This document shows, piece after piece, positions 15,246 to 27,200 of a DNA stretch of 40,734 nt. The position numbers and the translations under genes were made by a program. The stretch comes from Catajapyx aquilonaris (lineage: Eukaryota): NCBI GenBank assembly GCA_000934665.2, contig JYFJ02003501.1, forward strand, positions 1 through 40,734, given 5' to 3'. The notes under the pieces were generated by a model that saw only the letters and a program-made list of their open reading frames with translations, was not told where the DNA came from and did not search any database. Position 1 is the first letter of the stretch, and the number at the start of each line of letters is the position of its first letter.

Positions 15246-18200
15246 GTTAATTGATATAATTAATGTGCCTTTGTACTTTTACCTAGGGTGACGACCCGCC
15301 ATATTTGACTGTGGGCACAGATGTCAGTGCCAAATACAAAGGAGCATTTTGTGAAGCTAAGGTGCGGAAGGTGGTCCGCAGCGTTAAGTGCAAGGTAAGC
15401 TAGAAAAGCCATGCTGAACAGTTAGAACACTGAACTTGTAGAGGAATATATGCAAAATATACCATTTGACCCTTGGATATTAAGATCGGTTATCTCATTC
15501 ATTTTTATAACATCATTTTAAAATGTTAAGGCCAGGTAGTTGGAAACATCTGAACTGGATTACTACAGCTGGTACAAGTTACTGCAATATTTTAAGGGCG
15601 ATAGCCCTTAAGTAAGACCGTAGCATAGATTTCAACAATGTTTCAACAATGTTTCAACAATGAATTTTTCGTACTTGTTGTTGTTCTTGTTACGTTTTTT
15701 TTATTCGCCCTAACTCAAGTTCTGCTGTAGGTAGAGCTTCCAAATTTTGAACACAGATCCCCACCGTCGTGACTTGATTTCCTACCATTTACACTTTTAC
15801 TTAATTCCTCTTCAAAACGCCGCAAAAAATTTTCAACCACCAAAAAATACGTCTCAATTTTTTTGCTCAATAACTATTCGGAATTTGGTTTCTTCGTCAA
15901 AGGGCCGAAGGTGCAGTGGGATGGTGCGGATCTATGTTCAAAATCTCACAGTTCCCACTGCTGCAGGATTGGAGCTGTGATTTTTTTACCTCGTATTTTT
16001 TCTGTCATTAATTCATTAGTTCATAATGCCATCACCTAGAGACGTCAATTCTTGTTTACCAACTAGCCATATTGTTATTAGCGAAATGTTATACCCGTTA
16101 TACCCTGCCGCTGCTATAAGGTGAACGCATTGTACTTATTACAGATTTACAGTTGAATCCGGATATAACAGCCCCGGCTATAACATACTTGGTTATAAAG
16201 GCTGTCCCGGCATGCTTCCATAAGGCCCTGTGTATTTTACTCCTGATATAACAGACTCATTTTCACCTCACCTCGGGTATAACAGACAATTTCTTGGACC
16301 CTCGGTGGGAAAATACAGCATTGTTTTCCAGGTATCAAATTTGCAAAAAGGAGACGGCAGAAGGAAATTTCGCCTATTTTGGTCCTGCATAATTTTCGGG
16401 TGAGCCATCAATATTGCATTTGCGACAGATTTCATTAATCGGTATGTAGTCTAATAGTGCATAGTACAGCCTCATTGAAAGCAGAAATTTATGTTTTCGT
16501 TGCGTGACGATTCAGCTATAACAGTTATAACATACTTTTTCTGCAGTCTCTTGAAGTTTGTTTTATCCGGATTCAACTGTACTATTAAGCCAGACTAATT
16601 AAATCAGACTAACCGTTGGCTGGTAGCACTCGACTTTCGTTTTTTTTAAGACTATCTCTGGGGAAATAATTTTAGGGACTTCTAAGCGACGAAAATCGTC
16701 TCCAATGCATTCATAGTGCAGACTGTATAGTGTAGAGCATAAGTTACGTGTACTGTCAAAAAAGAACTGAAATTAGATCAAAAACTTTCCCTTCAGTAAA
16801 AAAAAGAGAAGTAAGACCTCCGCGGCGGAATGAAGGTACTGAAACAAGGCAGGCGCACGTAAGACCTTCACCAATTGATTTAAGCTGTACCATAGGTCTT
16901 ACTCAAGCAATTCTCAAGTACGGTATGGAACGGCTCGTAAAATGACTGCTGCAAACTACTCAGAGCAGTAGGTAGGATTTTATTATGAAAAGAAAAAAAT
17001 TGGGGAAAAACTAAACCCATTCAAACAGACTCGGTCCAATCGAAAAAGACCCTCTAAAATTCACCAATTAACGTTTATATGTGAAAAATTAAACGTTAGA
17101 GTTAAAATCAGCATCTAAAAGAGGTGACGTTTCTGCATGAATGTTTCATGGCAATAATTCGCACTAATCGCATAGAAATTCAATGAGCTTAATATTGAAG
17201 TTCCTAATTTCATAAAACACTTATATGGAGTGGCTCATGGAAAATTAATGGGCAGAATTTTCGTCGTACTACTATTACTATTAACTATAGGTCTGTAGTT
17301 ACTGCTAACTTAGCAGTACAATTGCAGTACACTGGTACTGCTGTTAGAAGTAATTAGTAGTAGGACGAAAATTCCACAAATTTGTTTCAGAAAGGAGTCT
17401 CCATGAGCAGTGAATTGGGAATTGCTTGAGTAAGACCTATGGTACAGCTTAAATCAATTGGTGAAGGTCTTACGTGCGCCTGCCTTGTTTCAGTACCTTC
17501 ATTCCGCCGCGGAGGTCTTCTCTTTTTTTTACTGAAGGGAAAGTTTTTGATCTAATTATACTTTGATCGATGGAGAGATTTGAGGAGTTGAAAGAAAAAT
17601 TTAAGTGAAAGGATAGTCTGATTATGTGCTTATCTTCTATCTTCAGGAATTATTATACTACATACACAAAAAAGTGTAACTTGCTAGTAATTGCACCGTA
17701 ATTTGTTTTCAGGTCACCTTCAAAAATGCTGGAGGCAGTGCCCTTATAACAGATGATCATATTAAAGGAACGCTACGGGTAAGACTGTCTGACTCCGGAT
17801 TATTAATTGTGGATTATTTTTAGTGATTTTAAAATTTGAACCAAGCTAACAATTGTTCTTTACAGGCGGGATCAACTGTTGAAGCGAAACACCCAGAGAA
17901 AGGCCAGTATCTGGAAGCAGTGTTAAATAAAATTCAAGATTGCAGCCAGTACACAGTGGGTGAGTTTCAAAGACAAAACCTCAGCCAGATATTGTGATAT
18001 GACTTTAATTTTTGTTACTTGGCAGTGTTTGATGATGGAGACATCACCACCCTTCGAAGAACCGCACTATGTTTAAAGAGTGGGAGGCATTTTGCAGAGG
18101 GTGAAACCCTTGATCAGTTACCCTTGACACATCCAGAACACTTCTTAAATCCTGTTGTTGGGGGAAGGAGGGGTCGAAGGAGCCGACAAGCTCAGTGAGT

Positions 18201-21200
18201 TATAAAGAAGAACTTGAGCTTCTTTTCGTCCACAGTTCTTGACACTGGCTTCTTTCAGAGATGACAGTAGTGATGAAGAGGATTCACCAAAGCGAGGGAA
18301 GAAGAAGGAAGAGCGGGAAGTGGACATAGGCAAAGTCATATGTGTGGAATTGGGCGATAAAAAGAAACAAAAGGACAACTGGTTTCCTGGATTAGTAGTG
18401 GCCCCAACTGCTCAAGATACAGTGAAAATAAGAGTGAAGGATGACTATCTTGTTCGCTCCTTCAAGGATGGGAGATAGTGAGTGTAGAATTATTTGTGGT
18501 CTATTAGTAGCATGTAATAACAAATATTTGTTCTAGTTACACTGTTCCCAAGAAGGAAGCAACAGAATTTACTAGGGAAATTGGGTCCAAGGTGGATAAC
18601 AACACACTTAAAACAGGTGAGAGGGCTTTGCATGGTATGGCATGTTGAAAGAGCATGAAAATAATTTGAAAACTAAAAATTCCCAGCAGTGGAGAAGGCT
18701 CTTTTGTACCTGGACAAAGATGAATTGCCACCTCATTGGGATCGAGAACTCCTCTTTGGTCTGCACGAGACGAGCAGCAGTGAAGCCACTAACGGGGAAG
18801 ATTCCGATGTAAGTAATTGAAGCTTCAGAAGTTTAAAAATCCATGGCCATCCGCTTGTGCAGGATTTTATGAAAATTTGTGCAGACTAGAAGTATTATGG
18901 CATATTAATATGTTGGTCAGAACATCTCAAATGATCTTGGGTAGGAGCTAGATTTCTCGCTTGATGTCATGAAATAGAATAAAACACACTTGCCGTGGCT
19001 CAGATGTGTATGGCACAGAGCCAAGGAATATCAAATCCCATCAATTGATTGCCTAAAAGCTCACTATTGGTCCCATATCGTTAATAGGTAAATATGCCTG
19101 TCAGATGCAATGTAAGTTCAAAAAATCATTTCTTAGCAGTGCCGCAAGGCCAATATGTTAATGCAATATATTTTTAAAATTATGAAAATTAATACTTATG
19201 TATGTTGAAAAGTCTGACAGCGAAAATGAAGAATATTTGAGGTTCCCGTGAAGAATGTGAGTTATTCTCATCATTCATGACTCTTTGTTCATGACTTAAA
19301 GGAAGGGTTCAGTGAGGGGCCATTTAAATGGACATCCGAAAAAAAGTTTTTTTTTTTTTTTAGCTGAATGGGCTGTGACTTTTCTTTAAGTGCCTGTACC
19401 GCATAGGTATCCGGCACCCTTAACAGAAATTGCTTTGGGAATTAATAGCGATTTCAGTTTTAACCTGGGCATTTTTAGCAATAATAATTTGGTAATCTGT
19501 GCTCACAAACCTTTATTATTCATAACTTAATCATTAGCTGAAGTTGGGGGAGGGGGAGGGTTCCCAAGGAGGGCACATCTGGGTAGTTTTTGAGTCATTT
19601 CCAACCATCTGATATTCCGGACCTTTTGTTTTGGCTCTGGACAGAGAAGGCAGTGCACTTCTGCCCAGACACATCAGTAGAAAGCAGAAAAAGTGACCAA
19701 AAGAAGGAGATGGATACAGGATTCAGATTTTTGGAAGTCTCCAATAAAAACACCACATAAACACTAATGCCCTGATTATGTCCCACTTCTTAAAAAATCA
19801 AAATCCTAGCATTTCTCCTCTGAATGCTTCAGTATTTTGTCTTCACTATGTTGTCTTTTTGCATGGATTGGCAAGGAACCCCATTTTGGCCAGGGATGGG
19901 GTATAGGCATATTTGGAACAATTATGGGGAAACCGTCCCCAAAAAATATGGGCGGAGTTCATGGAGACAGCAGTTGAGTAGACTGGAAAGAAAAGATACT
20001 GCAAAGGGTCATTTAAGGGCAGCCATGTCATGTGACTGTTTGGAGTAATAAGCCATAGAAGGGAGTGGTAGACAGGGTTTGACGGGCACTCAAGAAAGTT
20101 TTGCCCGTTTATTTGAAATTGAGTTCATGTGAGATCCACTCCTACAATGTTGTTCCAAAAAAACTGAGGTATTCAGCAAAACTGTTCATATTTAACACAT
20201 TTCATTTTCCCAATTTCAGTGGTGTTCATACAGTCACTCGAAGCTGACCTTTGTTGAAATTTAAGCTTGTCCAATGAAATCGGCCATGAGAAGGGATATT
20301 ACACTGCAACCGTAGTTGTCATTAACTCTTAGGGCGCCGGTTGACATACGGGTGAGAACAAGACTTTGCGAATTTTTTACGGAACTTCGACAATGCGTAA
20401 ATGAATGCGGTTTTCACCCTCTTCACAAGCACTATAAGTAGAACTTACATGAAAAATCTCAGTGTGTGGGAATGTCCAGCGGCCATGATGTGGGGTCATT
20501 TGGGTGGCCACTCGTGGAACAGCGTGAGAACAATTTCAAGAATTAATTTTAAATATTAGCTGTAACCTACATGGTTTTTATTTATTTATAAATAATACAT
20601 ATACTCGAGCGCATTTTGTAAAATTTTTACGCTTATGATAATCCCATTACGTCACAATTAATTGTTTTTTGCGTCTAATTACCGTGACCTCATTTTGGTT
20701 CGTTCTGCGCAGCCATTGGCTCTCCAGCTCTCGATCTCGCACGCGATTGGCTCTTGAATATTTACGCCTGCGCTAAGCAATCTCCGTATTCATTTACCCT
20801 GGTGAATTTTAATTATTTTTATGGGTTCTAGCTACCCTATCTTGATGAAATATGTTTTATGTGAAAAAGGAGATGTCAAACTAATTTTAAAATAATAATA
20901 AACTCCAGCAGACCATGGCTGGTTCGCGCGCTCACCAAAAGATGGTGCTACATGAAGGATTATGAGAGTTCCGCAGCGCGTTAGACGGCATTCATATTAG
21001 CTAGAAGAGGAAAATGTATCGTATATGAAAGACCTGGCCATTTCCTTTCTGACTCACTAGATTTCATGGGAATGGGCCTACGCAGAGTGTAGAAAAAAAT
21101 TCGTATAGGAGTCCCCACCCTTCCCGCTTTTCTTCGCTGGAAAATGGCGGCTCTGTAAGAGTTAAAGGAACACTCCACTCAAAATACAAGTTGGGCTCTA

Positions 21201-24200
21201 AAAATCTGGCAAAAAATCCTGATTCTGATGGTATAATCAGTTTTTCTGAGAGACGAACGATAAGGCCAGGGTGAAAGCTGGAAGTGTGTCGTTCGAAAAC
21301 CTCACTCGGCGCAGGTGGCGATGCCACCAGATGGGGGCGGAACTAGATGAGGGGATGGCACGAATTAAAGGTGCTTAACGTGCTTTTCACCTGTCTGAGC
21401 TAAGTGATACCTTCTCCGCACCGTTGGGGCTTTTGACTGCCTCGTTAGCCTCCATATCAGGTCGTGGACTCTCTTTTTCCATGATATTCGGTCTCGGAAC
21501 AGATTCACTGGACTGCACCGTCATGGAATAACCGCGACGCGTTTGAAAATAGCAGCTAATATGTGTTAGAAGATTGCTAATGGCTGTGTTTCAATGACTA
21601 ATTCCAATCTGAAGCACTATTGGTGTATTGCCAGGCTACAGCATTAGTCATTTTGTTGTTAAAGAATTACGTGTAGCACACACTGGCCTAGGTGAGGGAC
21701 GTGTCATTAGCAGTTACTTGTAGCCCCGTTTAAGCCCCATCCAGGGGTGTGGTTCGCCGTTTGGCCGCCAGAAGGGCTTTGGTTGCCACCACTCGCTGAC
21801 AATGCCACCATTTTTTCTGAGATTTTTCTGAGATTGTTAACTTCAAACACCGTGCAGGGATGAAAGGATATAGGGTAAGGATGCGGATTTCTGGGGAAGA
21901 GACACAGGTGCAGGTGCAATGTCTTAAGGTGGAAATGAAGCTAGAGTCACTCAATGAGAATTTTATGAAAAAAGCATATGTTACGCAGTTTTGTGTCCTC
22001 TTATCAATGGCGCAAAGAAAAATACACGTCACCGTGCAAATTAGCGAACTGGAGGGCTCAGAAGTTCGCGATTTAACATGGGCCCTTATGGCAGAATTTT
22101 CAATAGTCCGCAAAAAAATCATAAGTAAATGAGAATTTTAAAATTAAATGTGGAATATGTCGGGAATTATATACTGATCGCAACCGCAAAAAGAAAACCC
22201 TACCTCACCGTGCTCTTTCAATTTGTATTGCGGAAAAACGATCCGAAAATGATCCAGTGACGTCCCCTTGCTCCACTCGAGTGAGGCAGTGGCAACACTG
22301 CGTTGTTTACGGTAGCGAGATACGGTTGCATACGACCGCAAAATATGTGTGCAAGTTAGTATGATGGTTTTTACAACGGCTCACACAGGATTTTCGTTTG
22401 GCGGGGGTGTTTGTCAGACGTCAGAAACGTTATATTGGTTTATATAGTTATAATTATAATAGAATAATCGAATGATTCGAATCCACACAGCAATGCCGTC
22501 ACATACTGCTACGCGATAATTGGCCCGGACCTTTGCTGTGTTGCCGATTCTACCTGTCACACGCGTACCAACTGAACGTGTTCCAAATCCGACACGAGCT
22601 ACAGGCTCCCCTTTCGGAACTAAACTTTTAAAAATGCCTCGACAAATTGGGACCTCGTACTGACGACCGAATAAAATCGATTTCCATCAAAAATAAAAAA
22701 TATTAATCACACCTCCAAATACCATGTTTAAGTTGGCAGCTGTGACAATTGCGCCTGCGCACAAAAACTTGCCGCCGGTAATGGGCCCATATTAAATCGA
22801 GTTTAAAGCGCAGATTCGAATGGAATGCATAGGATTGAACAGCATTTCCTGCTGCATCGGTTGCGTATGTTTCCCTGATTTTAGCCCTTCTTATTAACAT
22901 TCCAATTCTAGACTCTCATTTGATTAGCAAGTCGCTTCATTTCCACCTTAAACGATGGGCCATGTGCAGTCTCCCAGGAGGTCAGACACTTTCAAGGCGC
23001 AGGTCAGAGACCCTCCCGACGCAGGCGAAAGGGACCTTCCGCACAGCAAGCCGAGACGTCTTCGTCTCGGCCACCGTCCCTCCCCACCTTTATACTATTA
23101 TGCACCCTGTGTATGGAAAACCTTTCTCCATGCAGCAAAGTGAATGTTCCATAGATTTTATCTTGGGGTGGTATTATTGATTTTAATTTCAAAGCCTGCC
23201 AGAAATCAAGTGTTCTCATAGTCATTTCATTTAGGCCTTGTTGTGTGATCAATGGTAAACCCATAACAAATGGTCACTGCATGTTTTTCAAATAGGATTA
23301 ATAACTTGCCCTGGATTAATATCGATGGAGTAGACTGTCCCGTAGTGGCCATGAATTACTGAGGAACTTACGAGGAATAGTGTAATATTTTTCACTGTTC
23401 TCCTTCGCAGAGTTCTGATGATGAGCCACGGGAAGAAAAGGATCATTTTGTTGCTCAGCTTTATAAGTTCATGGATGATAGGAGCACACCCATCAATAAG
23501 GGTCCTACTGTAGGTAATCGAGATGTTGACCTCTACAAACTATTTAAGGTAAGGGAAATTTTCAGTCTGTCAGTGTGGCCATATATCTTACGTGATTTAC
23601 CAATTCAGGTTGTGCAAAAACTGGGTGGATATAACAAGGTTACAAATCAAGCTCAGTGGAAAATAGTTGCTCACAAAATTGGTTATGGGCAACATCCAAC
23701 TTCATCTACTACAAATCAGGTCAAGGTGGCTTATAAAAGGTGATGTTTTCTTGTTTCTTGAAATTTGATGTATGGTGGGTCAGAACATTTGAATTGACAA
23801 TGTTGGTATTACAGGTATCTCCTCAGCTTTGAGGACTTTTACCGTAAGCTGGGATGCACCATGGTGAGCCACCCCAGAGGAGGTAGGTCACGTCATCGCT
23901 CTGGCCGAAGCCTTATACGTGACAAAGACAAGGCAAATGCACCAAGTACTTCTAAGACAGAAGATAAGGTGAGTTAACACCTACTTCAACTTGGTATCAT
24001 CTGTGTTATGGCAGAGAAAATTTTATGGTAGTAGAGATGGTTAACCTTTTGTGGCCTACGTGCATCATATGATGATCTGCGGATTTTTGATTTGGGTGCG
24101 CTAGAGTTTAGACAGAAATGGTGCAGTTTGAGGCTCAAACTGCTCCTTCCACCTCATGGAAGGGGGCTCAACTACCATGGCATGTGATAATAAGTTTTTC

Positions 24201-27200
24201 CACCTCCCAGCGTGAGCTAAACATACCCCCTCCCGTGGTGTCGAACAGGGTATGCCGTAAGTCAGGGCTCTTAGGAATTTCTCATAGTACAGGGTTTTAG
24301 TATTATTATGTAACCATAGTAACAATTTTACAATGACTTTAAAAATTTTAATAAATTTAATCAAGTTTTAAGTTAATAGCACTTTTAAAAAAAATTCTGG
24401 AACACCCTGTAGATGCATTTTCTTCGGCATTTTACATTCAAAAGGACCACCACGATTAAAATGATACATATGAGAGCATATTGTTTTTCATTAATATCAC
24501 TCCTACTACAAATTTTTTCAAGAAACGAGAAGAACTGCCCAAAAAACTTTGCCTTCAAAGGGTTAATGCCTGGTTGCACCAACAAAATTACCGGTCCGAT
24601 AGCTCCTAATGGACAGATAGGTAGACCTTTTAACGATTGTGCTATCAGTCTGTTAGGAGCTATCGGACCGGTAATTTTGTTGGTGCAACCAGGCATAAGA
24701 GTACTACATATTCCAAGGATCCCTTGTGGGATCGATTTTGTCCCTACTGCCCTTATTTTTTTAGCAGAGATTCTAGCTAATAAGTAATAACATAATCCAT
24801 GTGATCTAACATGGCAATGGAAGTGTTACCCCTTTCTTTCTTCAAGCCAATCATAAATATAAGTCATGTACAACCACAAACATGATTGGCAGGAGCAAAA
24901 GGGTGGTGTTTGTACAGTACTGCAAGGTTAGATCAGGTGCGGTATGACAGAATCAAAGTGAGACTATAAGTTATTTCCTGTCATTTTCTTAGATAGGAAA
25001 GTCAGGTCAATTTTTTAACTTCCAAATGTCCAATCCAAAGAGTAAATGGGAAGGTGGAAGAACTTACCTTTAATTTTAGCAGCAATGGTTGTCATGCCCA
25101 ATTTTTGGAATTGTTGTTCAATTATTTTCTGTGTTCTATGTTGAGAGTTATTGTTCTTTAAATGGGCATTTTAAAATGTAGACAGTCATTTTGTCCCATT
25201 GTAATACCCCATTACAAGGGATATTATACTGCACAACCAGCATTGCACAGAGATCTCATTTAGCTCTGATTACTATCCGTTTATTTAATATAGAGCCCTG
25301 TGTTTGACTCTAAACAACTCCCAGGCAAATTATCCAAAAAAAAATAATGCTATGTATCGTTAGAAAGCTTGTTTAAATCCACTTTACATATATGCGAGTT
25401 GTTTTCCTATCGTCAGTCTCTAATTTTTTATCGTAAAAAGAAGGCGGAAAAGTGTCATTTTTTGACTAGTTGCCGACGTTACACCGCAAAGTGAATTTTT
25501 TATGACACTTTCAGGAGGACAAAAAAGTTCACTTGTGAACCCTGAATAGTGCACATCTTAGGGCAGATTTCTCGAACCGTGGTTCAAGTCAGTTTGAACT
25601 GAGTTTGCGTCTACACGCTGGATGCAGTTTAAACTCCCCTTCCGAGTGTGAGCATTTCTCGAGCTTAAACAAACCCTCGGTTACTATGTGAACGACAAGC
25701 CTCGGTTAGAATTGCACCGTTGCCACATGTCGCGTCGCCCCCATTTCCCCGAACCGGTCTGAGCTTCAGCGCGAGTCTTTACCGGCTTGTGAACAAACTC
25801 TAGTCAGCAAGTCTAGAAGGTGGAGTGAGGGACATCGCATTTGAAAGTGACATTTTTTGACTAGTTGCCGACGTTACGCCGCAAAATGAATTTTTTATGA
25901 CACTTCTCAGAGGCCAAAAAATTCACGCTGTGGACCCTGGATAGTGCAAATCTTTGTCTTTCTAATGATATATTTGAAACTCGGAAATCGCCATTTGTGT
26001 AATCATAATTAAGTTAATTGCACACCTCTGATATCTCGGCCGTTTATAATCCGAATTACTTCGCGAATGTACCGACGGAAAGCCAGAAATGTGCGTGATA
26101 AAATTACATAGTGCTACACTAAAAATAATTTTAAACGTATTTAAAAGTGTCGCCGTCTATTCCCGCCAGAAATCGGGCTGAGTACTTGTCTATTAAACTT
26201 ACTAAAACAATACTTTTAAAAATTTTAGTGTAATAGAGCACAATGTAATTTTATCACGCACATTTCTGGCTTGCCGTCGATACATTCGCGAAGTAATTCG
26301 GATGAGAAACGGCCGAGATAACAGAGGTGTGCAATTAACTTAATTATGATTACACATAGTTGCGATTTCTAAGTTTCAAATTTATCATTAGAAAGACAAA
26401 GATTTGCACTATCTATGGTTCACAGGGGGAATTTTTTGGCCTCCGAAAAGTGCCATAAAAACTCATTTTGCGGAGTAATGTCGGCAACTAGTCAAAAAAT
26501 GACACCTTTCATTGTTGTTCCCGGCATTCCAAACCCGGTTTATTTCCGATAACGGCCGGCAATCGGGCCGTCAGATGTGAACCGAGTTTAAACCGTATCT
26601 AGGGTTTACTTTTGCCTCGAGAAATGGAAATTTCTCTGAACTGGGTTCAAACCGATTTGAACCTTGTTTACATTTGAACCACTGTTTGATCGGCCCTTAG
26701 TCTCTAATGATATATTTGAAACATTGAGATTGCCATTTCTGTAATCATAATTAAGTTAATTGCACACCTCTGTTATCTCAGCTGTTTATGATCCGAATTA
26801 CTTCGCGAATGTATCGATGGCAAGCCGGAAATGTGCGTGATAAGATTACACCGTACTCTATTACACTAGATTTTTTAAAAGTGTTTAAAAGTATCGCCAT
26901 CTATTCCCGCCAGAAAGCGGGCTGGGTCCTTTCTATGAAACTTACTAAAACAATACTTTAAAAAATTTTGGTGTAATAGAGCACAATGTAATCTTATCAC
27001 GCACATTTCTGGCTTGCCATCGATACATTCGCGAAGTAATTGGGATTATAAACAGCCGAGATAACAGGTTTGCAATTAACTTAATTATGATTACACAAAT
27101 GGCAATCTCAATGTTTCAAATATATCATTAGATAGACAAAGATGTGCACTATCCAGGGTTCACAGGTGGATTTTATTGGCCTTATGAAAGTGTCATAATA

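Noticed and set aside
23050..23071. Perfect 9-bp GC-rich hairpin GCCGAGACG-TCTT-CGTCTCGGC as a Helitron end, terminator or ribozyme part
   Set aside because: No CTRR terminus at the expected spacing on either strand and no ribozyme core recognised; intrinsic terminators do not apply in this eukaryotic intron.
24385..24787. Two antiparallel ORFs sharing [15 protein letters not shown]
   Set aside because: An artefact of the palindromic MITE.
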